Below are positions 11,032-20,389 of a stretch of DNA of 64,000 bases, one piece after another (within the stretch, counting starts at the first letter, position 1; each line of letters opens with the position of its first letter). The translations under genes were made by a program, and so were the position numbers. The notes beneath the pieces were generated by a model. The model saw only the letters and a program-made list of their open reading frames with translations, was not told where the DNA came from and searched no databases. This DNA comes from an uncultured Gemmatimonadaceae bacterium (GTDB lineage Bacteria > Gemmatimonadota > Gemmatimonadetes > Gemmatimonadales > Gemmatimonadaceae): contig CAWFQK010000009.1 in NCBI GenBank assembly GCA_963817955.1, positions 1-64,000 on the forward strand, in the 5' to 3' direction.

Positions 11032-11136
11032 GACGTTCGCCTCCTACACGACGTGATCGATCGTTGGCTGTTGCACCGAAGCGCGCGCGGCAGGTCGTTC
11101 GGCCTCAGGGCAGATGCCAGCGTAGAGTGGACAGAG

Positions 11137-11151
11137 GCACTCGGCATGCCA
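11137..11151 (-). promoter_or_regulatory. Possible sigma54 promoter for HiPIP
   Basis: TGGCATG-CCGA-GTGC on the minus strand with -24/-12 spacing. Confidence 0.3.
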
Positions 11152-11279
11152 GGGTGCTGGAGCCGGGGTTGCGAAGGCCCGCTGTTCTTGACGGACCGGC
11201 AAAAACCGATACGGGTTCGCAATGCCATGCAAGCAAGAGTTTGGCGCAATCGAGGGCAGCCATTGGTAGATTGACCCCA

Positions 11280-12311
11280 ATGGCCCGCGCATCCAAGCAA
11301 ACGCACACGTGGCAATTCAAGTCGCGATTCCGGCGCAACGCGTTTGGTTGGCGCGGATCGCGACCGGCCATTCAACGCATCCATGAGGCGGTAGCGGAAA
11401 TCCAGGCGGTCGCTCGAACAGATCGGAACCTCGCCGCGGATGGCGCCGTTGTGTTCCTCGAGCGAGTGTCGCCCGCACTCGGGCAGATCGATAGTTCGTC
11501 CGGTGCCATCGGCAGCGCAGTCAACGGTGCGATCATGGACCTCGTGACGATCATTGCCGACGCGCCCGCCGAGCAGCGAACGCGGGAAGAATGGCTCGAT
11601 CGGCTCTGGGCTGCACACGAGGCCGATGCGATGCCGTATATCGAGATCCTCGCGGACTACTGGGGCGAGTTGTGTGGCTCGAAGGAGGTCGCGTCGGAAT
11701 GGGCAGACCGTCTCGTCGACATCACTCGATTGGCGCTCAGTCCTGATCCGCACATGCGGGGCTACTTCCATGGTACATCGGCTTGTCTGAGTGCGTTGTT
11801 CCGGGCGGAGCGATACGCCGAGATCATCGACATTCTGCGGACGGAGAAGTTCTGGCACTACGTGCAGTGGGCGGTGAAGGCGCGCGCCGCTCGCGGCGAC
11901 AAAGCGGGCGCGATCAGATATGCGGAATCGTGCCGCGGTCGATCAACGCCAGACGGCGCGGTTGATCGTGTCTGTGAAGAGATTCTGCTGACGTCGGGCT
12001 TCGCCGATGAGGCATACGTACGATACGGGCGTGGGGCAAATCGTCGCGGAACCTACCTGGCTACATTCCGCGCGGTCGCGAAGAAGTACCCGGACAAACA
12101 GCCGTCGGAGATTCTCGCCGATCTCGTCGCGGACACGCCGGGCGAGGAGGGGAAGTGGTTCGCCGCGGCCAAAGAGGCGAAGCTCTACGACCTCGCTTTG
12201 GATTGCGCGCGCCGAAGCCCCTGCGATCCGAGGACGCTGGCGCGCGCCGCCACCTTGGGCCTGCACTCGTCCGTCGGGCGATCGCCGATGGCCGCCGCAC
12301 TGGCCGACTGA
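11280..12311 (+). pseudogene. Conserved all-helical hypothetical protein, probably truncated near 12250
   Basis: WQFKSRFRRNAFGW..FLERVSPAL..DSSSGAIG..PGEEGKWFAAAK..SPCDPRTLARAA, then an abrupt switch into AbiEi-derived sequence. Confidence 0.65.
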
Positions 12312-12469
12312 CGCATGACGAGGCTGACCGTCTCACGCAGGAGTTGCTTGACGAATCGCCTCCGCGTGAGAGACGGAGCCGATCGGCACCCGTAGGCGAC
12401 AGAGCGCGGACGGACTCGTCCAAGCAGCAACGAAAGGCGAAGACCACGCGCGGAGCGCGGGCTCGGTGA
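12250..12469 (+). pseudogene. C-terminal remnant of an AbiEi-family antitoxin
   Basis: HLGPALVRRAIADGRRTGRLTHDEADRL. Its TGA overlaps the GTG start of the AbiEii gene (GTGA). Confidence 0.55.
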
Positions 12470-13335
12470 TCAGGCCAAAATAAAAATCTCCGGCCGGACC
12501 GCCGCCATCAGCCGGCGTGCTGGCCAAGTACGCGCGCGCCTACGCAAAGGATCGTGGCGTCAGTGAAGGCCGAGTTCGGGCATGGATCTCGTACATGATT
12601 CTCGCCGGCCTCCGCGAACAATCGAGGGAATCCAGCGATGCTCATCGATTCACCGTCAAGGGCGGGGTCGCGCTCGAACTCCGACTGAGAGACCGTGCCC
12701 GAGCAACGAAGGACATCGATCTGGTATTGCATCATGCTGAGGGCGATCTCGCACGCACCCTCGAGCGGGCCGTCACGACGGGCGCGTCCAACGGGTATCT
12801 GGGCTTCCACTTTCGTCGAAAGGGCGAGCCGCTCGTTCTCGAGAACCGCACGATCAGCGTGGAGTTTGCCGTCACCTACCAAGGCGGGCCGTGGACGAGC
12901 ATCATCGTCGATGTTGCTCGCGCCGAACCTGGAGAGGGGGAGATAGAGCTGTTGCCGGCGGTTCCGCTTCAGGAGGCAACCGGTATCACTGGACCGACCG
13001 AGCTGGCCTGTCTTCTCCTGCGCATGCACATCGCGCAGAAGCTTCATGGCATGACACTGCCCCCACGATCCGGCAAGCGAAACGAGCGATTCAAGGACTT
13101 GATCGACGTCCTATTGATGGAGGTGCTCGTCACCGACTATGCGGGACTTCGAGCGGCGTGCGAATCGGTCTTTCGAACTCGCGGCACCCACGACCGGCCC
13201 CCGGATTTCGAACTGCCGCCGCATTGGGCGGAGCCTTTCGCGGCTCTTGCGCGAGAGTTGGATCTTCCGGTGCATGATGCACGGGAGGCAATGGAGCGCG
13301 TGCGAGCATTCGTTGAAAATATTCGAAATGCCTGA
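12466..13335 (+). CDS. AbiEii/AbiGii nucleotidyltransferase toxin, TAA at codon 6 (12481), possible restart at GTG 12517
   Basis: FTVKGGVALELRL, RATKDIDL, IAQKLHG, NERFKDLIDV. Confidence 0.8.
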
Positions 13336-13577
13336 CGGCCTCGCCCGTAGTCGGGTCGACCAGCTCTCGTCAAGACGCCGGGCTCGAGCGCGAGCGACTC
13401 AGCGAGCTTCAGTCGGAGTAAATCGGGCGATGTTGTCATTTTAGGAGTGACAATATCGAGGCTGAACGTTCGATTGGCTTGATCCGCATGCACCACTGAG
13501 ACGCCCGCTCCGCGCCGAGGTGTTTGTACTGCAAAGAACTGCGCTATCGTGCAGCGAGCTGGTGCGACAGTTTCAGT

Positions 13578-13700
13578 GTCGAGCAACTCGTCTTTGTCCC
13601 GGAAGTGGCTGTAATAGGTCGACCGGCCGACGTTCGCGCGATCAAGGATCTCCTTCACGACGATCGCGTCGTACGGCTTCTCGTGAATCAGCGATTCCAG
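13578..13700 (-). pseudogene. TetR HTH fragment
   Basis: LIHEKPYDAIVVKEILDRANVGRSTYYSHFRDKDELL, with no start codon or C-terminal domain. Confidence 0.75.
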
Positions 13701-13714
13701 CCGGCGCCGCGTCG

Positions 13715-14064
13715 GATGGCGCGATAGCCCCCGGCGGAAACCCGTTCGCCGGGTCGTCCTGGAACAACCCACTCGAGACCAACCCGAGCCCATAGAGAGC
13801 GATCAGGACCGGGGCCGCCATGCCGGAGCGTCCACCCTGTAGGCGCCGGCGCAGACCGACCGCGTACAGAAGGTTCAGGACCCCCGCTCCCATGAAGTTG
13901 AGCGTTTGGATCCAGCCCCAATCGCCGAGCGAGAGCAGGCTGATATCCTGGGTCCGCGGATCCATCCCGGGCCGCGTGTAGTCCTGCAGCAGGACCACGA
14001 GCACGAACACGGGGCCGGCGATGGCGCCGCACAGCAGGAGCCATCTCGTCGACTTCCTCACCAC
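13715..14064 (-). pseudogene. DUF998-like membrane protein, N-terminal half only
   Basis: LLCGAIAGPVF, ISLLSLGDWGWIQTLNF, GLFQDDPANGFPPG, then a break into the TetR fragment. Confidence 0.7.
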
Positions 14065-14127
14065 GCTTTCGGCATGGCGCCTTTCATCTTGCAGGAACCT
14101 CCGGACCTCACTCACCAACACCGCGCT

Positions 14128-15177
14128 TCACCATGTTGTCCCTCCTTCGCGCGCTTCGTTTTCGAGCCGTTCGAGCGTTTCCCGCTCGTCTGGGGTCAAA
14201 CGGTCACCCGCGCGGCGCTTCCACTCGGCCACATCGGCATACGCCCCCTCCTCATCGTCCAACTGCGATCGAACCACGGCGCGCAAACCCCATGCGTGGT
14301 ACGCCTCAGGATCGTCCATGCGCTGCTCAATCAACCAGTCCAGGTCCGGCAAGGCTCCGCCAAGATCTCCCGACATCATCCGGCTGAGCGCGCGCTGCAT
14401 ACGCGGCATGATGGCGCTCGGGAAAGCGGAAGCCGCAGCAGTGAACGCTGCCTCAGCTTCCTGCATCGACCCCATTTCTCGCAGTGCCGTGCCTCTGCCA
14501 ACCAGAACATCGACCGATGCCCGACCCCCAGCGATCGCTGCGTCGAAGTCGGCGATCGCGTCGGCGAAGCGGTCTTGGCGCAGTCGAAACAGACCGCGCT
14601 GCTCAACTAGGGGGGCCGGATCGCGTACAAGAGGGATCGCCGCAGTGAGTTCCGAGACGGCATCGTCGATCCTGCCGAGACTCTCATATGAAAATGCGCG
14701 GCCGATGTAGCCTTTGACTTCCGCAGGCGCAAGTTCGACAACCCGGCTAAACGCCTCGACAGCCGCCTCGTACTCGCCAGGATCATCGAGATCGAGAAGG
14801 GACATACCCAGTTCGTGATAGGCCTCCGCGGGCGCGGCCACACCTAGTCGGATCGCGCGGCGGAGGTCCGCGACGGCATCGTTCGCCCTCCCATCCTTGC
14901 GTGCGATTGCCGCCCGCACGATGTACAGCGCGCCAGGGTCCGCGCTGGCGGTCGACGACCTTTCCTGACGTGCCACAATAATCCGTGCGACGATATCCGC
15001 GGACAAGCGGTCGCGATCGACGTCCGACTCCAGCAACTCGGCGACATCCAACCTGCGAAGCCTCCGACGATGCATGCGTGCATATCGGCGTCGCCGAGCC
15101 TCTCGCACCAGGGCGAAGTCACGCTCGACGTCCTCGCGCGACTTCTCAGGAACGGTCTTTTCAGATTCGTCTGCCAC
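14128..15177 (-). CDS. Tetratricopeptide repeat protein
   Basis: AGGAGG RBS, GTG at 15177, multiple TPRs (AYHELG..AVEAFSRVVELAP, RFADAIADFDAAI). Confidence 0.85.
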   Translation of the reverse strand: MADESEKTVPEKSREDVERDFALVREARRRRYARMHRRRLRRLDVAELLESDVDRDRLSADIVARIIVARQERSSTASADPGALYIVRAAIARKDGRANDAVADLRRAIRLGVAAPAEAYHELGMSLLDLDDPGEYEAAVEAFSRVVELAPAEVKGYIGRAFSYESLGRIDDAVSELTAAIPLVRDPAPLVEQRGLFRLRQDRFADAIADFDAAIAGGRASVDVLVGRGTALREMGSMQEAEAAFTAAASAFPSAIMPRMQRALSRMMSGDLGGALPDLDWLIEQRMDDPEAYHAWGLRAVVRSQLDDEEGAYADVAEWKRRAGDRLTPDERETLERLENEAREGGTTW

Positions 15178-17539
15178 GAAACCCTCCTGGGCTCTCAGGC
15201 CACTCCGTGCGCGTTTCACGTTTTCGCGAGAGGTACCGTGCCTCCTGCCGCGCCAGGGGCTGACCATGACGATTCTCAAGCAGTGACATCGAAGATACGA
15301 GTCTCCGGATGGGAACGTCCACGAACTTCTGTCGGCCCCCGTATCCGGCTTCTGGCGTAGTGTCCGGAGGTAACGACGGCTGTGTCCCATCACTGAGGCA
15401 CATGAAAGTACGTCGAATTACAAAGTGATCGTTACCGGTACAGTCACTGTACTTGTTAGATACAAACAAATACTGACCGAGACAGGTCGCCCGTGGGTAA
15501 CGGTGCTCTCCGACGCACGAACGCCGTTCTTCAAGACGATCGAAGATGAGGGGGTTGCCGAGAAGACCCCTCGAGCGGTGCGCGACTCGGCGGAGTCTCA
15601 CTTGACGGGGCTGGAGTATGCCGTCGACGCGATTGCCATCGAGGTGGAGCGGATGGGAGAGAATCAGCGATTCCTTACCAGGCTCCTGGCAGACCGTTGA
15701 ACGACGCGTGAAGACCGATACTACTTCGTCCAGATTACGATCGACTCGCTGTCGAACACCCGCAGGATTCTTGGACGACGGGCCCGAGGAGCCGATAGCA
15801 TTGAGCCGAATCACGAGCTCACGGAGCGGTTCGTCTGCGGCCAGTTGCACACGAGTATTGGTTGTGTCCGCGCGGGGGTGCGCGATGCGGTAATACATCG
15901 GCGTTCCTCGGTCGACGTAGCAGGACACGAACGTTCCGCGCTCCAGTCGTTCCGGATGCTCGGACATGCGGCCGACCTGGACGCCGTTTCGCCCGGCCCG
16001 TTCGCTTGCGGCGAGCGGTCGCGCGTCGAGAGTCGCTCCCGTGGCGGGTGACCCATCGGGTAGAAGCACGCGACCGAGAATCGTGCCGACCTGACTCGTA
16101 TCTCGCACTGATCGGTTCCGGGCGCGGCAGTACTCTCGTACGCGATCCTGAAGCGGCTTCCAGGTCAACGAGCCGTCAGTTGTTGCACTTCGCTCGACCC
16201 GTACTGCCCGCACTTGATGCTCGGCGAGGCCGAACGAGGCGGCGGCCGTGTCAGTCGCCTCGAGCACATACGGGCCCGGCACGAGATCTCTGAATAAGAA
16301 GTGCCCAAGCGAATCGGTCGTCACCGTGTCCGGGGACAAACGAAGCAACACTTGCACCCCAGCGACGGGTTTGTGTGAGCTCGTCTCCACCACTCGCCCG
16401 GCGATCCGACCAAGATCGTTCGTCCAGGTAATGCCGTCTATCCACGAGATAGACACGACTTCGCCGCCGGATTCGTGTATTCCGGTGAGCTGCATCTCCA
16501 CTCGACGCGTACGCAGCGGACTCGGCGACCGAGGCACATTGTGGAGGTCCACGCCGAGCAGGCCCATGCGAATGCTCCACCGGTCAATGAAGACGACGCC
16601 CGGACGCATCTCGCGAAACGAGATGATGCCGCCGGAGTGAGCATCGATCGCGGCGGGCTCGAGGGACGTGTACGCGAATTCGAGGGATCGAAGAGCGGGG
16701 CGCTCTGTGTCCATCCAGAGCGTGCCGGTCACGTCGACGATCTCGTCGTCGTCCTTCTCTGGTCGAAAAGACAGACCAACCTGTTGCTGGTGGGCGGCAT
16801 CGGACCGAACGCCAAAGCAATGCGTATCGGCGAAGCTCGGATCGAGCAGCACGTCGGCATCCGGGGCGTTGAATGTTCGTCCGGACGAGTCTTCGGACAT
16901 GTAGCCGCGAACCGCGAACTCTGACGCTGGATATGCCGCGATGAAGGGGCTGATCCGGTGCCCTCCCATTCGTCGGAAGGCCAGTCGAGTGACCTCGCCG
17001 GATACCGGATTGACCGTGCGCTCGAAGCGAACGGTGTGAGTGTCGGCGGAGTCGGCGCGGGCTACAGCGTTCGCCAGGAGCGCAGCTCGCGCCTGTTGCC
17101 ACAGGGCGAGAGCGACTCCCTGATCATCCGAACTGCGGCATCGGGCCACGTCCGTCACAACGACCCGGTCCAGGAGCCGCGGTAGCGCCGTCATCGAGAT
17201 GTCGAGATCGACGTCCTGGTCTTGAGTCGAAAGAGGAACCCTGACCGTACGCGGCCGGAAGCCGATTCGCAGAGCCTGTAGCCGCTGAGTGCCGAACGAC
17301 GGCAGATGATAGTGACCGCGAGCGTCGGTGACGACCCGCGCGAATGCCTTTCCGTTCGAGTCGAGAGCCGAAACCACCGCACCCGCGATGGGTTCGTGCG
17401 ATGTACTGTCTCGAACGAACCCACGAACGGTCTGCGCCGGCATTTCCGACAATGCCGCAAGCGCGCATGGAATCGTCCACCCAAGCAGACGAAGTATGCT
17501 TCTCCACGTTACGCTAGCGAATCGTACCGATGCACGCAT
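15161..17539 (-). CDS. Secreted protein with carboxypeptidase-regulatory-like domains
   Basis: Signal peptide, then QTVRGFVRDSTSHEPIAGAVV..ALRIGFRP and a second domain IAGRVVE..PVAGVQV..LVPGPY. The last ~200 codons (below ~15790) look like read-through antisense to the 15425 gene. Confidence 0.8.
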   Translation of the reverse strand: MRASVRFASVTWRSILRLLGWTIPCALAALSEMPAQTVRGFVRDSTSHEPIAGAVVSALDSNGKAFARVVTDARGHYHLPSFGTQRLQALRIGFRPRTVRVPLSTQDQDVDLDISMTALPRLLDRVVVTDVARCRSSDDQGVALALWQQARAALLANAVARADSADTHTVRFERTVNPVSGEVTRLAFRRMGGHRISPFIAAYPASEFAVRGYMSEDSSGRTFNAPDADVLLDPSFADTHCFGVRSDAAHQQQVGLSFRPEKDDDEIVDVTGTLWMDTERPALRSLEFAYTSLEPAAIDAHSGGIISFREMRPGVVFIDRWSIRMGLLGVDLHNVPRSPSPLRTRRVEMQLTGIHESGGEVVSISWIDGITWTNDLGRIAGRVVETSSHKPVAGVQVLLRLSPDTVTTDSLGHFLFRDLVPGPYVLEATDTAAASFGLAEHQVRAVRVERSATTDGSLTWKPLQDRVREYCRARNRSVRDTSQVGTILGRVLLPDGSPATGATLDARPLAASERAGRNGVQVGRMSEHPERLERGTFVSCYVDRGTPMYYRIAHPRADTTNTRVQLAADEPLRELVIRLNAIGSSGPSSKNPAGVRQRVDRNLDEVVSVFTRRSTVCQEPGKESLILSHPLHLDGNRVDGILQPRQVRLRRVAHRSRGLLGNPLIFDRLEERRSCVGEHRYPRATCLGQYLFVSNKYSDCTGNDHFVIRRTFMCLSDGTQPSLPPDTTPEAGYGGRQKFVDVPIRRLVSSMSLLENRHGQPLARQEARYLSRKRETRTEWPESPGGFRGRRI
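15425..15700 (+). CDS. Small protein with AVDAIAIEVER..QRFLTRLL motif
   Basis: Coiled-coil motif recalled as typical of Gemmatimonadota hypothetical proteins. Start codon uncertain. Confidence 0.6.
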   Translation: MIVTGTVTVLVRYKQILTETGRPWVTVLSDARTPFFKTIEDEGVAEKTPRAVRDSAESHLTGLEYAVDAIAIEVERMGENQRFLTRLLADR

Positions 17540-17577
17540 CACGGATGGAAGGGATGGAAGCACAGCAACTGCAGCGC

Positions 17578-18135
17578 CTATGAGATTCGCTTCGCCCGGC
17601 GGGTCCTGCGACTGGGCCGCGTCGTCTCGTCCGGCTCCGTGAACAACATGGTCGCAGGCTCGTCGGCGGCGCCCAATGCTTGGATCAGGCGTGCGAGCGA
17701 CCGCGCGAGCGACTGGCGTTCGCGCGGCGTGAGCGCATGAAGCGCCGCAACGAGTGCCGTCGTCGGCGCATCGGGCGCCCGTGACAGCATACGCCGCCCC
17801 TTGGGGGTAATGCGGACCGACGCTCGCCGTCGGTCCGACGGATCGGCTGTCCGAGCGACGAGTCCTTCAGTCTCCAGGCGGTCGACGACGTCCGTGACCG
17901 AGCTGCGATCGGTGAGGGTTCGGGTGGCGAGCTCAGTGAGCGAGAGGCGATCGTCGATTCGCAATTGCTGGAGCACGAACAACTGTGCCGCACTGATACC
18001 GGCGATGGCGTGTGTTCGCTGAGCGTTCAGCCGGAGCACCCTCACGAGCCGCCGGATGGAGGTCACGGCCGAGGCGATCGAATCGCGCCGGAGACGAGGC
18101 GAGGAGCGTGCGGAGGACGGTGTGCGCGGACTCAC
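17578..18135 (-). CDS. MarR-family regulator
   Basis: GISAAQLFVL, SLTELA..TDRSSVTDVVDRL..GLVAR..DRRRASVRITPKGR. Confidence 0.9.
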   Translation of the reverse strand: MSPRTPSSARSSPRLRRDSIASAVTSIRRLVRVLRLNAQRTHAIAGISAAQLFVLQQLRIDDRLSLTELATRTLTDRSSVTDVVDRLETEGLVARTADPSDRRRASVRITPKGRRMLSRAPDAPTTALVAALHALTPRERQSLARSLARLIQALGAADEPATMLFTEPDETTRPSRRTRRAKRIS

Positions 18136-18553
18136 GGGATGATTGGGGGCAGATGAAGCACTTGCACGGACGAGGGACTCGCACTGATCGATACCACGCC
18201 AGTGTAATGCGAGAGGTCCCGCGTCCGCCAGGCTGGGTTGCTCCGGCCGACGTGACGATGGGGCGTCCCGAATGTGGTTTGCCGTCGATGGGGCGTCATC
18301 GAACGAACGGGGTGGCGTCGGTGTGTGCATCACGAAACTTGACTTTGTGAGGGGACCGTCCTGACGGCTATCGCGCCAGCCAGAAACGGGGCATCCCCCG
18401 CAACGGCGACACCCTGATGGATGAATCGCTCCCGGCGCGGCTGGACGCCCAGCTGATCGAGAAACGTCTGTATGCATCGCGAGCGCTCCATCGATGTAAC
18501 CGATGCCGCTACCTTTCGGGGAAATGCGCGGTATCCGCGGGCCCGTCGATAGG

Positions 18554-20389
18554 ATGACCACACCAACTTTCAAGACTCGAGACGACGTGAGCGAAGCGAC
18601 TTCCCTATCCGGCAGCGTCGAGCGCCGTTCATGGTATGCTCGCGTGGCGGAGCTGGTCGAGGACCTGAGGCGGAGAGAGGACCGGCTCGCCCTGTTGCTG
18701 AGCCTCGTGATCGGAGCGCTGGTCGGCCTCGTCGTCGTCGCGTTCATCCTGCTGACCGGACGCCTCGCGGCGCACATGTACCCGTCGGGCGGCGCGGGAT
18801 GGCGGCGTATTCTCGTTCCGACGATCGGCGCGCTCGTCACTGGCTATCTCATCTTCCGGTTCTTTCCCGATGCCCGGGGGAGTGGAATTCCCCAGACACG
18901 AGCCGCGATCTTCATCCATGATGGGCGCATTTCGCTGCGCACCGCATTCGGGAAATTCGTCTGCTGCTCCGCCTCGCTCGCGAGCGGCATTGCACTCGGG
19001 CGCGAGGGTCCGTCCGTCCACATCGGAGCGGGAATCTCGTCCGTCATCGCGCGCCGCCTTGGGCTCAGCACCGCGCAGGTCCGATGGCTCGTTCCTGTCG
19101 GGGCGTCGGCCGCACTGGCGGCGGCGTTCAACACGCCGATCGCTGCCGTGCTGTTCTCCCTCGAGGAGATCATGGGCGACATGCACGCGCCGATTCTCGG
19201 GTCCGTCGTGCTCAGCTCGACGACGTCGTGGATGGTGCTGCACCTGGTGCTCGGCGATGAGCCGCTCTTCCACGTCGCTGGATACCACCTCGTGGACCCT
19301 GCGGAGTTGCTCGTGTACGTCGTGCTCGGCATCGTCGGCGGATTCGGATCCGTGGGATTTGTTCGGCTCTTGCTCGAGCTTCGCAAGGGATTTGCCCGGC
19401 TGCCGCGCTCGACGGTCTGGGCGCAGCCGGTGGTCGGCGGGCTGTGCGTGGGCGTGCTCGGGTACTTCGTTCCCGCGGTCCTCGGTGTCGGCTACGATCA
19501 GGTTGACCGCGCGCTCAGTGGCGAACTGGTGCTGCACGTGGTCGTCGTGCTCGCGGTGCTCAAGATCCTTGCGACCGCCGTCTGTTACGCCTCCGGGAAC
19601 GCGGGCGGCATTTTCGGACCGAGCATGTTCATCGGTGCGATGATTGGCGGGGCCGTTGGCCAGGTTGCACACCAATTGTTCCCGGCCAGTACCGCCGGTC
19701 CGGGAGCCTATGCGCTCGTGGGCATGGGCACGGCGTTCGCGGGCATCATTCGTACGCCGTTGACGTCGGTCATCATGATCTTCGAAGTGACGCGCAATTA
19801 TACGATCATCGTACCGCTGATGATCTCGAACCTCATCGCGTTCTATATCTCACAGAAGTTCCAGCACGAGCCGATCTACGAGGCGCTCGCCAGACAGGAC
19901 GGGCTGCACTTGCCGAGCGGCGCGGCACGGCAGATCGCGCGCCAACTGCGGGTGAGTTCTGCCATTCAAGCGACACCGCCCCCGCTCGCCCCAGACCTTT
20001 CCCTTGCTGAGGCGCAGCGCTGCGTCGCGGGAACTGCATTTGGTTCGTGGCCGGTCGTGGACGATCGCGGCCTGGTTGGAATGGTTCGGTGCACCGACAT
20101 CGCGGCGGCGGTGGCCTCTGGCCGCGCCGCGGGGAAGGTGCGAGATCTGCTCGAAGAGATGGATCCCGACGCGACCGACGACGAGGCGGTGCCGCATGTG
20201 CACCGTGATCACCCGCTGGGACTCGCCCTCACACGCATGGGCGCCACAGGTCACACCGTGCTGCCCGTCGTGAGTCGCGCGAACGTGCGCACGCTCCTTG
20301 GCGTCGTGACGCTGCCGGATGTGCTCAAAGCATACGGCGTGGACCACGTCTCGGACCTGCCCGCGGGAGCGAAGGTGCGCGATGAGTGA
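18554..20389 (+). CDS. ClC chloride/proton antiporter with a CBS pair
   Basis: GSGIP, GREGP, AAAFNTP, GGIFGP motifs and C-terminal CBS domains. Confidence 0.92.
   Translation: MTTPTFKTRDDVSEATSLSGSVERRSWYARVAELVEDLRRREDRLALLLSLVIGALVGLVVVAFILLTGRLAAHMYPSGGAGWRRILVPTIGALVTGYLIFRFFPDARGSGIPQTRAAIFIHDGRISLRTAFGKFVCCSASLASGIALGREGPSVHIGAGISSVIARRLGLSTAQVRWLVPVGASAALAAAFNTPIAAVLFSLEEIMGDMHAPILGSVVLSSTTSWMVLHLVLGDEPLFHVAGYHLVDPAELLVYVVLGIVGGFGSVGFVRLLLELRKGFARLPRSTVWAQPVVGGLCVGVLGYFVPAVLGVGYDQVDRALSGELVLHVVVVLAVLKILATAVCYASGNAGGIFGPSMFIGAMIGGAVGQVAHQLFPASTAGPGAYALVGMGTAFAGIIRTPLTSVIMIFEVTRNYTIIVPLMISNLIAFYISQKFQHEPIYEALARQDGLHLPSGAARQIARQLRVSSAIQATPPPLAPDLSLAEAQRCVAGTAFGSWPVVDDRGLVGMVRCTDIAAAVASGRAAGKVRDLLEEMDPDATDDEAVPHVHRDHPLGLALTRMGATGHTVLPVVSRANVRTLLGVVTLPDVLKAYGVDHVSDLPAGAKVRDE

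Noticed and set aside
18250..18310. Fluoride riboswitch upstream of the ClC gene (GACGATGGGGCGTC)
   Set aside because: No matching pseudoknot segment was found, and the ClC has the canonical GSGIP motif rather than a fluoride-type signature.
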